The notes beneath the pieces are model-generated. The model ran no database searches. It was not told the origin of the DNA and was given only the letters and a program-made list of their open reading frames with translations. The position numbers were made by a program, and so were the translations under genes. Shown piece by piece: positions 1 to 10,838 of a stretch of DNA of 48,575 nucleotides (positions are counted from its first letter, which is position 1; each line of letters opens with the position of its first letter). Source of the stretch: Bdellovibrionota bacterium (GTDB lineage: Bacteria; Bdellovibrionota_C; UBA2361; OMIW01); NCBI GenBank assembly GCA_044345055.1, contig JBIJBT010000008.1, positions 1-48,575 on the forward strand, given 5' to 3'.

Positions 1-1
1 A

Positions 2-1318
2 AATCTATTTTTTACCCGAATCACCGGTTTTATCACCCTTCCCTTACTTTTGATTTCGCTCCTTCCGATGGCTGCGGTTCGAAAAAGGGGAGTTGAAAAA
101 ATGCAGCTCGCTCTGTTTGGATTGGGATGCATAGCTGCTTATATTGCCAGCTTCTTATGGGGTCTGACTTATTCTAAACCCTATTCGATGGATATTTATC
201 GGGGGAAATTAAAGCTCGATGCAGGCACGCTGACCCCTCTTCTTTTTTCAATCGCTCTTTGTTCAGTTATATGGCTCTTGTTAATCGCTACGACGAAGTA
301 TTGGATGCCGTTGCGAATTGTTTTTCGAAAAACTAGAGGATGGATCGGTTTTGTATTTGTTGCCGTAGTATTTGCAGTCTTGATAGCGCAAGGTTTTTTA
401 ATAGGATTTACAGATTATTTTCTCGATCACAAATCGATTGGAAGACGGTGGCATATTGCGGGTAATGGCTGGGGATCTCTTCCATACCTGAGCTTTTTAG
501 TTCTCGGATTGCTTGCTTCTCCGGTGGGCTATATCGGTGGTATCTGTGGGCTTTCCTATTCATTCAAGCGAGCATTAACAACATCTGTCTGGGTGCCAAT
601 CTGTGTTCTCAGTTCCGGATTTTTCGTCGCATTAACGGTAAAACAGAATATCGTTCCTTTCTTATACTATTTCGCAAGGTATCAGGTCAGTGAGCTACTT
701 CCCCTCATTACAATTGTTGGAACCTGTTTTTTAAACGACCTTATTAAGAATCGGAGTAAAAGAACCCGATTAATCTGTTGGAGCGGATATCTCACTCTAT
801 GCGGCCTATTTTTTATTAAACCTGCGATCGCTCGTTTAAAGGAAACTGAGGGTTATCACTTTACAAAAGCTCTTGAGTGCATTGATGCCGTTTCGGCTGA
901 AAAGACTATTATTGCGATAGATAGGGATAGAATACCGATGACGGTATTACTTCTTCCTCTTCGCTATACCTACGATAAAAAAACTATCGCGATCTCCTCG
1001 CGTGATTTCGCTAACGACGAGGATCTATACCGTTTCTTTGAATTCTATCGACAACAAGGTTACTCTGTTTTGCTCTTGAGCGCGCCTGACAGATGGAAAA
1101 AGTTCTCTCGATTGAAACCGATAGTCCGTTTTCCAATGCGAATTAGAAAGTTTAGAGGAGAGCAGAAAGGTCAGCTTCGTCTTCCTGATCGATACGGAGG
1201 AAGAGTTACTCCAGTGATGATCTCTCGATACGAACCTGGTGTCAGTGAAGGCGATGCTGCTATTTCGAATTCTTCGCAGAGTTTGGAGCTACCCGAAGTC
1301 TGTAAAGAGCTCCGTTAA
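2..1318 (+). CDS. Polytopic membrane protein, 5'-truncated by the window edge; possibly a GT-C-type glycosyltransferase or other glycan-modifying protein
   Basis: Frame is open from position 2 to the TAA at 1318. Many hydrophobic segments are followed by a soluble C-terminal domain. It lies upstream of two glycosyltransferases; function is inferred from context only. Confidence 0.5.
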   Translation, partial: NLFFTRITGFITLPLLLISLLPMAAVRKRGVEKMQLALFGLGCIAAYIASFLWGLTYSKPYSMDIYRGKLKLDAGTLTPLLFSIALCSVIWLLLIATTKYWMPLRIVFRKTRGWIGFVFVAVVFAVLIAQGFLIGFTDYFLDHKSIGRRWHIAGNGWGSLPYLSFLVLGLLASPVGYIGGICGLSYSFKRALTTSVWVPICVLSSGFFVALTVKQNIVPFLYYFARYQVSELLPLITIVGTCFLNDLIKNRSKRTRLICWSGYLTLCGLFFIKPAIARLKETEGYHFTKALECIDAVSAEKTIIAIDRDRIPMTVLLLPLRYTYDKKTIAISSRDFANDEDLYRFFEFYRQQGYSVLLLSAPDRWKKFSRLKPIVRFPMRIRKFRGEQKGQLRLPDRYGGRVTPVMISRYEPGVSEGDAAISNSSQSLELPEVCKELR

Positions 1319-1383
1319 AGGACATCCGGATAGTGGATGGAATGCTGAATACTGGATCAACGGCTTAACTGAATATATTTGCC

Positions 1384-2586
1384 ATGACCGACATTCTCTT
1401 CATTATAGATGAGCTTCATCCTGTCCGAAATGCACCCTCGGTGCGAATTGAAAATCTGCGGGCGGCGTTTCCTCTCGAGAGCTCGTTTGCTGTCGGAGGA
1501 TCAAGCTCTTCCGAACAACCCCGCCCTAAGGGGATCATCACTATTGCGCGGCCCTCTGAGAAGTCGCCGATTCGGTTTCTCCTCTTTCTCATTCGTCTCA
1601 GCATCATCTCAGCAGGTTCCGCTGTTCGAATCCGGCCCCCGATAATTTTCCTATCTGTCCCGAAATACGAGCTTTTGATAATCGCGCCGTTTCTCGCTGC
1701 TCGATGTTCTCATCTTATCATCGATCTCCGCGACTCTCTTGGATTTCTCGATTATCGCGCCTACCTTCAACACTTTTTGCCGCGATGGATAGCAGCTCCA
1801 CTCGGGAGTTTTATTAAAAAGGTGGTCACCTCGATACAGCGCCGCGCATTTCGCTCTGCTTCACTAATCTCAGTAGCGAACCACGGAATTGAAAAGACGA
1901 TAAATCACCCCGCGGTTATTGTTCTTCCGAATGGAGTTGATACCTCTACCTTCACCCCTCAAAAAAGATCAACTCGCACATCGAACACTCCACTAAAGCT
2001 TGTCTACCTTGGCAACTTTGCTGAAAAGGACCGTTTTGAGCAGATAATTGAGCTCCACTCTCTCTCAAAGATTTCGTTCTGTGTCCATCTTATCGGCGAG
2101 GGTCGAAACAGAGAGAAGGTGCTTCGCAATCTTACTGCTGCCGGAGTTCCCTTTGAATATCACGGCTTGGTGCCGCACGAGAAACTTCCCGCTCTCCTGC
2201 GCACGATGGATGCCGGGTTTATCTTCCGTTCTTCTGGGGTTGATGAATCGATACCGGTTGCACTCTTTGAGTTTGCAGCGTGTGGCATTCCTTCTCTCTG
2301 CAACGATACCGGCATCATGGCAGAGCTCGTTCGAAGTCGTGAGCTCGGTTTTGTTTGTGCAACAAACGCGGAGCTTTCCTCTGCTATATCCGCCATATCG
2401 GAAGAGGAATATTGGAAGAGCTCCGGAGAGCGGCTTCACGCAGTTGCAAAAGAACATTTCTCACTAGCTTCAACTCGGGCGACTTTTAAACTTTTGATTA
2501 CCGAGATCCTGAAAAAAATCGCCGCCAGAGAAGCTTCGCAGAAAAAGGGGAAGCTTGTCGCTAAATCAGGGAGCAACAACCTATGA
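1384..2586 (+). CDS. Glycosyltransferase family 4 (GT-B fold)
   Basis: Contains PNGVD, LVYLG and the E-x7-E motif (ESIPVALFE) followed by AACGIP; 400 aa. Confidence 0.9.
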   Translation: MTDILFIIDELHPVRNAPSVRIENLRAAFPLESSFAVGGSSSSEQPRPKGIITIARPSEKSPIRFLLFLIRLSIISAGSAVRIRPPIIFLSVPKYELLIIAPFLAARCSHLIIDLRDSLGFLDYRAYLQHFLPRWIAAPLGSFIKKVVTSIQRRAFRSASLISVANHGIEKTINHPAVIVLPNGVDTSTFTPQKRSTRTSNTPLKLVYLGNFAEKDRFEQIIELHSLSKISFCVHLIGEGRNREKVLRNLTAAGVPFEYHGLVPHEKLPALLRTMDAGFIFRSSGVDESIPVALFEFAACGIPSLCNDTGIMAELVRSRELGFVCATNAELSSAISAISEEEYWKSSGERLHAVAKEHFSLASTRATFKLLITEILKKIAAREASQKKGKLVAKSGSNNL

Positions 2587-3533
2587 AGGTTCTTATTCAG
2601 ATACCGTGCTTCAACGAGGAACATACCCTTCGGTCTGTTTTCGAGGAGATGCCCCGAGAGATTCCGGGGGTCTCAGAGATTGAATATCAGATAATCGACG
2701 ATGGCTCGACCGATCGAACTGTAGAGGTTGCCCGAGAATTGGGGGTTCACCATATCGTGAGCGCGGGTCGCATTAATCGTCGATGGCTCGGTCGGGCATT
2801 TCGACTCGGCATAGACAACGCGCTTAAATCTGGGGCCGATATCGTCGTTAATACCGATGGAGACAATCAGTACCCATCCTCGCTCATTCCCGATCTCGTT
2901 CGCCCGATAATTGAGGGAAGAGCCGATATCGTTATCGGCGATCGGAATCCTGGAGCTGTTGCTGAGTTCTCCTGGATAAAGCAACGGCTTCAGGTTTTGG
3001 GAAGTTGGATTATTCAGTGTCTTACTGGAGCTCCGGTGCACGATGCAGTCAGCGGTTTTCGGGCTTACAGCCGAGAATCACTTTTGCGAATTCATGTACT
3101 GACAAATTTCACCTACACCGTTGATACCCTTATCCAGGCGCACATGAAGGGTCTCGATGTGGCGTGGCTTCCTATCTCAACGAATCGCAAAACGCGAGAT
3201 TCTCGGCTCATCAAGAGCCTTTTTAACAAGGTTCGCCGCTCAGGCGTTACAATCCTTCGGATGGTAACACTCTACCGCCCCTTTCAAACATTCCTCTGGA
3301 TGACCGCCTTTTTTCTGGTACCTGGGGTGCTGCTGCTCGGAAGATTTTTTTATTTTTATTTTTTCACCTCGGGCGAGGCCACTGGCCATATTCAATCGGT
3401 CGTGGTGGGTGGGGTACTACTGGTGATAGCGGTGCAGCTATTTGTGCTGGGAATACTTGCTGAATTATTGGCTGCAAATCGGGCACTTATCGAGGATATG
3501 CTGACTCGGGTTAAGAGAAAGGAATTAGAGTGA
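2583..3533 (+). CDS. Glycosyltransferase family 2 (GtrB/DPM1-like, two C-terminal TM helices)
   Basis: Contains IPCFNEE, IDDGSTDRT, DxD (TDGDNQY) and SGFRAY. ATGA overlap with the upstream gene. Confidence 0.92.
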   Translation: MKVLIQIPCFNEEHTLRSVFEEMPREIPGVSEIEYQIIDDGSTDRTVEVARELGVHHIVSAGRINRRWLGRAFRLGIDNALKSGADIVVNTDGDNQYPSSLIPDLVRPIIEGRADIVIGDRNPGAVAEFSWIKQRLQVLGSWIIQCLTGAPVHDAVSGFRAYSRESLLRIHVLTNFTYTVDTLIQAHMKGLDVAWLPISTNRKTRDSRLIKSLFNKVRRSGVTILRMVTLYRPFQTFLWMTAFFLVPGVLLLGRFFYFYFFTSGEATGHIQSVVVGGVLLVIAVQLFVLGILAELLAANRALIEDMLTRVKRKELE

Positions 3534-3651
3534 GAGAGGCTAGGGGCGTGGCAGGTCAGATGAAGAGAAAATTTCGATCGCCAAGGAGTATTTTTTCTAG
3601 CGGGATAGCATAACCTTTAAGTGCCACTTTTTTTAAATAGGATGGTAGCTC

Positions 3652-4710
3652 GTGGACGATATAGCATTCAACCAGCCGCCCCCTGAAGCAACACAACCCC
3701 CAACTGCACCTACATTAAACCCAGTGGGCGGCTCAGCGAACCTCGAAGAGCTAAAAACGTCGGGTCATTTGTCAGAGGAAGCGTACGATAAGCTCAAGAA
3801 CAAATTAGAGAGGTGGAATGATGTCGAAAGAGAGAAAAAGGTTCTCGATGTCATAAAGAGCGTTGATTTATCAAAAGATCCCAATCTAATTAATAAGGCA
3901 ATACTGCGCGGAGGGGGGATCGCATTTATTGAAAAGCTAGAAGGTCTCTCTGTTGAGCTTCGTAATGATATCTTGGCTCGGGTTGTTAACCGACGCGTTT
4001 ACTTCGCTGAGCTTAATAAGATTTTAACAGACTCGTTGAAGAAAGATCCGAGCGAGCGTGAGGCGTTTCTACGACGGGCTATACACTGTTTAGATACTTT
4101 AGGTGGAGCTGATAAAGCTCAGGTTGCGATGAAACAGGGAGGGACATCGGGCCTCTTTTCTAAGGCTGAACAGCTCTCTGGAGGTGGTCGTGGTTTTGGG
4201 CCAGGGGGAGGTAACCTAGTAGGAACTTCTGCAAATGTAGCTCATGCCACTAAAACGTTGCTGGAAGTATCGCCGAACCTCACGATAGACCCTCAGACGA
4301 GGATTTCGGAATTATTCAACAAGCTCCCTTCACGAGAGAAAGCCCGGTATGAGCTTATAGCGGCGGCGGTGCTCGAGTTTGCGGCGGATATACGGAGGGA
4401 GCAAGAGAAAGAGAAAAAAGCTGAAGAAGAAGATTGTCGCGCTTTCAGAGGATTTGCTGCAGGCTCCAGTGAAACGATCGAAGATTTGCAGACAGCGCTT
4501 GAAACGATAATCACGCAATACGGTACCTTCAACAATGCACTGCCGAACATTCGGCAATATATCCAAACGTGTTATAAGTTTAACACTGCCGGCGATAATA
4601 TCACCGTTGGGAACGTGCTTGAGGTGCTTCAGGGTTGGTTAGAACAATTCAATCGCGCACGGCCAAAATCACCCAAATCCAATCGTCCTACCAACCCACC
4701 GCCCCCTTAG
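3652..4710 (+). CDS. Hypothetical protein, helical core with Pro-rich termini
   Basis: 352-aa ORF filling the gap between the GT2 gene and recJ, with AGGA upstream of the GTG. No family recognised. Confidence 0.6.
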   Translation: MDDIAFNQPPPEATQPPTAPTLNPVGGSANLEELKTSGHLSEEAYDKLKNKLERWNDVEREKKVLDVIKSVDLSKDPNLINKAILRGGGIAFIEKLEGLSVELRNDILARVVNRRVYFAELNKILTDSLKKDPSEREAFLRRAIHCLDTLGGADKAQVAMKQGGTSGLFSKAEQLSGGGRGFGPGGGNLVGTSANVAHATKTLLEVSPNLTIDPQTRISELFNKLPSREKARYELIAAAVLEFAADIRREQEKEKKAEEEDCRAFRGFAAGSSETIEDLQTALETIITQYGTFNNALPNIRQYIQTCYKFNTAGDNITVGNVLEVLQGWLEQFNRARPKSPKSNRPTNPPPP

Positions 4711-6439
4711 AATCTCGACCAACCTCCCCAACCCCCGAACGCACAACCCCCTGAACGGTCCCCTGTAGCGTCCGGTCGCCCAAATACGAGCTCACATCAA
4801 GCTTAAACGCAACATCAACCAGCGCACCTCGGGTAATCGCGGGATGAGACGGGGTCCGCCACATCATCGCGGTGAGGGTGCGGGTGCCATCTGAGAGAAT
4901 CGCCTTGAGGTGACCGCCTCGAAGCTCACGGACCTCGGATACGGTTAGTTTTTTCGCGAGCAACACGGGCGAGGGGTTTCCGATTCCAAAAGGGGCAAGC
5001 GTTTCAAGCTGCTCGACTAGGGCGATAGAGAGCTCGTCGAGTGTTACCTCGGTGTCGGCGAGCACCACCGGAATACGATCCTCCGGAGAAAGGGCGGCTC
5101 GACATACATCATCGAACGCCTGACAAAATCCCTTGAGCCGCTCCTGCTGAATCGAAAATCCCCCCGCCCCCTCGTGCCCCCCGTAAGAGATAAGGTAAGA
5201 GCTCACCTTGCTCAATAGATCGACTACACTCACCCCTCGGACCCCTCGCACCGAACCCTTGAATATCCCATCGGGACCTCGCCCCATAACGGCGGCGGGT
5301 CGGTGATACTGCTCGACGAGCCGTTGCGCGACTATGCCAATGACTCCGGGATGAAAATCGGGATGCCACACAGCGATGCCATCCTGCGTACCGCTTGAGA
5401 GTCTCACCAACTCCAGCGCCTGAGCCCGCACCTGCCCCTCAACCTCCTGACGTTCGGCGTTGAGTCTGTCGAGTTTTTTCGCCAGCTTTGTGGCCTCCGA
5501 TGCGCTCGTCGTCGTGAGAAGTCGAACGACGATATCTCCATGCTCAATTCGGCCAGCCGCGTTGATTCGGGGCCCAAGACCAAAAGAAACGTCGAATGAG
5601 CGGACTCCTTTTCGGATACCGGCTACCTTTTTGAGCTCAACGATTCCCGCTCGTGAAGAGCTATCAAGACACTCGAGCCCCCGTTTTGCAATCACGCGGT
5701 TTGGTCCTTTTAGAGGCACCATGTCGCAAATAGTTCCAAGACACGCAAGCTCAAGAATCGAGCGGGGATCGAACAATTTTGCCTGAGGAATGGCTGCTCG
5801 GGCCGCTGTAATGAAGTACCAGGTAAGAGCGGAAGCACAGAGTAATCCATCAGCAAATCTGCACCCCTGTTGTTGGGGATTGATAAAAACATCGGCGGGA
5901 TTCGATACGCCGGAGGCATCGTGATGGTCGATAACGATTGTTTTCATCCCGAGAGAGCGCGCGAGCTCGAGCTGCACGCCGTTCTTCGTGCCAAAATCGA
6001 CCGCTATCAATAACCGAGTCCCGGCTGCGTGAGCTCGCTCAACGATACCGGCACTCAGCCCATAGCCATCCTCGAATCGATCGGGCACGAATGCAGAGGC
6101 TGTTGCGCCAATTCGGCCGAAAAAGTCGATTAGCTGGGCTGCACTCGTTAATCCGTCAACATCAAAATCGGAGCACACCGCAATTCGGTCCCCAGCATCG
6201 AGAGCTTTACCAAGGAGCGCGACCGCTTCGTCGATTCCCTTTAAACCAGAAGGATGAGGGAGTCCATCGCGGAGTGATGGTTGAAGAAATCGATCGAGCT
6301 CTTGCCCCGGAACAAATCCTCTCGCTGCAAGGACCCTTGCCACTACTGGAGAAAGTTCGCCAGAAGCTCCAAGAGACGCCGAAACTTCGGGGTTTTGAGA
6401 GCGTAGCTCGATACGTTTATGAAGGGGGGCAGGACTCAT
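4688..6439 (-). CDS. recJ: Single-stranded-DNA exonuclease RecJ
   Basis: Contains SDFDVDG, IDHH, LGTICDMVPL, GPRINAAGR, GSVR, GGH and PFGIGNP motifs. Confidence 0.97.
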   Translation of the reverse strand: MSPAPLHKRIELRSQNPEVSASLGASGELSPVVARVLAARGFVPGQELDRFLQPSLRDGLPHPSGLKGIDEAVALLGKALDAGDRIAVCSDFDVDGLTSAAQLIDFFGRIGATASAFVPDRFEDGYGLSAGIVERAHAAGTRLLIAVDFGTKNGVQLELARSLGMKTIVIDHHDASGVSNPADVFINPQQQGCRFADGLLCASALTWYFITAARAAIPQAKLFDPRSILELACLGTICDMVPLKGPNRVIAKRGLECLDSSSRAGIVELKKVAGIRKGVRSFDVSFGLGPRINAAGRIEHGDIVVRLLTTTSASEATKLAKKLDRLNAERQEVEGQVRAQALELVRLSSGTQDGIAVWHPDFHPGVIGIVAQRLVEQYHRPAAVMGRGPDGIFKGSVRGVRGVSVVDLLSKVSSYLISYGGHEGAGGFSIQQERLKGFCQAFDDVCRAALSPEDRIPVVLADTEVTLDELSIALVEQLETLAPFGIGNPSPVLLAKKLTVSEVRELRGGHLKAILSDGTRTLTAMMWRTPSHPAITRGALVDVAFKLDVSSYLGDRTLQGTVQGVVRSGVGEVGRDSKGAVGW

Positions 6440-6498
6440 AGATTGCGGGGAAAATTAGTTGAGATTGTCTCGTGGTAGCTCGTGTAGGCACGAGCCGT

Positions 6499-7032
6499 TC
6501 AGGAGTCCGCCAGAAACGGGGCAAATTGCTGCAAACGCTCCTCAAGCTCAGCAAGGGCTCCGGCATATCCAACTTGCCGGACCGGCGCGACTTCGCTTAA
6601 GACTTGGGCTCGGGGGCACCATCGCCAGGCGGTAAACTCGATCTGAGAGTCCTTATCGAGAGCAACCTCGCCGTTGTCGCCCCGAAAAAGAATTACAAAA
6701 AATCTTTGTGATTGGCCTACCCACTGACTTAGATGAGGTATCTTCTCCCTTTTAGAGGCCGGCCACCGATATTCATGAATGTAAGTTAGAACCCCTAGCG
6801 GTTCGCATGATGAACGGGTGATTCCGGTTTCCTCAGACAGCTCCCGAAATGCATTTTCCTCGAGGGTTTCCGAGCCCTCGATACCACCCTGCGGAAATTG
6901 CCAGTGACCCGGCTCATCGGAGCGCTCGCCGAGAAATATATCCCCGTTACTGTTGAGAACTATAACAGAAACATTTGGTCGTAATGGACCATCTGGCTCG
7001 CACAACAGTTCCTCGAGCTGATTATCAACCAC
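6499..7032 (-). CDS. rppH: RNA pyrophosphohydrolase (Nudix)
   Basis: Contains RPNV, WQFPQGG, the Nudix box GGIEGSETLEENAFRELSEETG, and GQxQ. Confidence 0.9.
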   Translation of the reverse strand: MVDNQLEELLCEPDGPLRPNVSVIVLNSNGDIFLGERSDEPGHWQFPQGGIEGSETLEENAFRELSEETGITRSSCEPLGVLTYIHEYRWPASKREKIPHLSQWVGQSQRFFVILFRGDNGEVALDKDSQIEFTAWRWCPRAQVLSEVAPVRQVGYAGALAELEERLQQFAPFLADS

Positions 7033-7040
7033 GGATCCTC

Positions 7041-8543
7041 CTATTCATCCAACCTCACCAGTCCCCGATATTCTTCCACACAGATGACTCCTTCCTCAAG
7101 CCAACGGCGAGCATAGTTTTCAAAGGGCAAAAATAATCCCTCCTGAATAGAGCGATAGAACTCCCCTCGCCCGATTGAATCGTTCTTTACCAGACGCTGA
7201 ACTTCGGGCGATATCACCAGAGTTTGTGTCGCAAGAAGGAGCGTAGGCTCAATAGAGGGTTCTTGGTTGAGTGGTGATATGAGCCGCTGGGCAACTATCG
7301 TGCTTAGACCTTGAAGCTCGCTTATTTTGCAACCGGCCAATGAAGAAAACCGCTCAAGAGCCTCAAAGACACATCGGGCATGGATAGTCGAGAGAACTAG
7401 ATGACCAGAAAGCGCCATCTTCATCGCGGTAAACGCGCTCTCTGCATCCCGTATTTCCCCAATCACCAATACGTCAGGCCCCTGGCGAAGGGCAGCTTTT
7501 GCAACAGCACCGAAGGTAAGCCCAGCCTGCTCATTGAGACTTGTTTGGCTCACCCCCTCTATCCAACGTTCAACCGGATCCTCTATCGAGAGGACGACTT
7601 TTCCAAGGTCGACGAGTCGACGAATAATTCCGTAGAGCGAAGTTGTTTTTCCGCTACCGGTTGGTCCAACAACGAGAGATAAACCACTCCCCTTTACTAT
7701 ATATTCCTCTATTAAGTGTTGCGTTCGCTGATCAAACCCGAGCCCCTCAACAGGATTTAACGCGCCACCTCTGCTGATTCGCAGAACGATTCGCTCACCA
7801 AATACCGTCGGCAGCGAGCTGAATCGGATGCCAACTGATTCGGTAGAAAGATCTACTGAAAAGCTACCGTCGAGCGGAACCGTTCGAATCGTTGGATTAG
7901 CGCCCGCCAACACCTTGAGTCGAGCCGAAACGCGCTCAAAAACCCCCCGTTCACAGAGCGATTCAGTAAGATAGTGCATCTCTCTTCCTATCCGCAGCCC
8001 GAGCATAACTCTATCTCGCATCGGAGCAAGATGAAGATCGCTTGCACCTCGGGCAATCGCAAATTCAACGAGTGATGCGACAAATGAGGAGATACCGCTA
8101 TCGCTGTTATCTCTCAGCTGCGGATGACTTGTGTCCAAAACTGAGGAAATTTGAGTTCTCGGTCTTTCGAGCTTAGCCCGTCCCGCTGCAGCGAAAAGGC
8201 GAGCTTCACTCCCGAGATACGCCCGCTCAATATCACGTTCAATTTGCTCTCCTCGATATGGAATCGGTCGAATTCGCTCTCCAATAGCAAACTCAATCTC
8301 TGGTGTAATTCGCGAAATATGGGCGACATCCCCAGCAATTGTAATGTGACGACCCGATCGCGAAGTAAGGATACTCATCGGTAAAAACCGATATCGCATC
8401 GCCACTTCATAGGGCACCAAAAGGCAAGCTCGCTCGCTCGAATGGAGCGATACCGGAACGGAGGCAGCTTCGGTAGATTCGTCGACCGTCATAAGGCCGA
8501 GCGGTGCATCACGCTCTCGATCACGATCGTTTACGAAATTCAT
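7041..8543 (-). CDS. GspE/PilB-family secretion/pilus ATPase, divergent
   Basis: Contains ASDLH, Walker A GPTGSGKTT, the Asp box IEDPVE, Walker B IGEIRD, the His box GHLVLSTIH, and AQRL. SD AAGGAG. Confidence 0.88.
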   Translation of the reverse strand: MNFVNDRDRERDAPLGLMTVDESTEAASVPVSLHSSERACLLVPYEVAMRYRFLPMSILTSRSGRHITIAGDVAHISRITPEIEFAIGERIRPIPYRGEQIERDIERAYLGSEARLFAAAGRAKLERPRTQISSVLDTSHPQLRDNSDSGISSFVASLVEFAIARGASDLHLAPMRDRVMLGLRIGREMHYLTESLCERGVFERVSARLKVLAGANPTIRTVPLDGSFSVDLSTESVGIRFSSLPTVFGERIVLRISRGGALNPVEGLGFDQRTQHLIEEYIVKGSGLSLVVGPTGSGKTTSLYGIIRRLVDLGKVVLSIEDPVERWIEGVSQTSLNEQAGLTFGAVAKAALRQGPDVLVIGEIRDAESAFTAMKMALSGHLVLSTIHARCVFEALERFSSLAGCKISELQGLSTIVAQRLISPLNQEPSIEPTLLLATQTLVISPEVQRLVKNDSIGRGEFYRSIQEGLFLPFENYARRWLEEGVICVEEYRGLVRLDE

Positions 8544-8629
8544 CTTTCTCCTTCTAAGTAACGAGTTCGGCGATGGCTATCGTGGGGGTCTCGGAGAGAT
8601 CCCCACTCTGCTAGCCAAACACCTATTCG

Positions 8630-8656
8630 TTATCGAACTGAGAGGAAAAAAGTTTC
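8630..8656 (-). promoter_or_regulatory. Candidate sigma-28 (FliA)-type promoter for the GspE/PilB-like gene
   Basis: Minus strand reads GAAACTTT-N11-TTCGATAA versus consensus TAAAGTTT-N11-GCCGATAA (6/8 + 6/8, exact spacing). Confidence 0.35.
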
Positions 8657-8820
8657 GCCGTGAGGAAAAAATGGGTTGATGCGGCGATGGATTGATAAGG
8701 CGGTAGAGCGAACTATGGATGCCGCTATTGGTGGTAACTCAAAGACGGCTTATTAATGGTAGGACGGCCCGCAGGACTAATCTATTAAAAAGTGTCCAAT
8801 AGTTGTCCAAACTTTCTAAA

Positions 8821-9081
8821 TTACTGAACAAACCGATCGGTAAGCACCGTTACTTTGTTGTCTTTACACTCGAGGCTTCCCTCAGATATCGAGAAAGTCA
8901 CGGACTTACCTGATGGACTAAGGACAATTTCAAGATTTCCCTCACTCACCAGCCCAACATAAGCACAATGACCTGGAAGAAGCTCAATCTGACCACCAGG
9001 AGTAATTGCCCGAATCAACGAGGCATCTTCGCGCGCGATTACTCCAGCGGGTGTTACCAGGGCAAAAGATAGTGCGTTCAT
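8821..9081 (-). CDS. atpC: ATP synthase F1 epsilon subunit, N-terminal beta-sandwich domain only (86 aa)
   Basis: Contains LVTPAG, LLPGH and NKVTVL; last gene after atpD. Confidence 0.88.
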   Translation of the reverse strand: MNALSFALVTPAGVIAREDASLIRAITPGGQIELLPGHCAYVGLVSEGNLEIVLSPSGKSVTFSISEGSLECKDNKVTVLTDRFVQ

Positions 9082-9227
9082 AATCCCTTTACCTAATAAT
9101 TCATCGAGTGAGTAATAAACAATCTTTTAGAGGCTCCGAACCCCCCTTATTTCGCAGCCTCTTAGCGCTGAGACTTTGGCGGATTTTTTCTAAAAGCTGC
9201 CAACAAAAAAGAGGCTTTTCTTGGATT

Positions 9228-9262
9228 GATGGGGGGAGGTTTTTTAAACCCATCCCCCCGTC
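9228..9262 (-). terminator. Hairpin just downstream of atpD (terminator or mRNA stabiliser)
   Basis: Minus strand GGGGGGA.GGTTT...AAACC.TCCCCCC stem; a T6 run follows about 17 nt later. Confidence 0.4.
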
Positions 9263-9273
9263 GTCCCGAACCA

Positions 9274-10731
<1,458 letters not shown>

Positions 10732-10838
10732 TTACATCGTACCGGAAGCTTCGCATTGTATCCTCGCTCACCACATGATGAGAAAACATCGCGTTAGCTC
10801 TCAATAGTCTTCTGTTTCTCGTACTCCTCAGCTCTTTG

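Noticed and set aside
8700..8823. Frameshifted C-terminal half of atpC
   Set aside because: The downstream frames I read do not resemble the epsilon helical hairpin.
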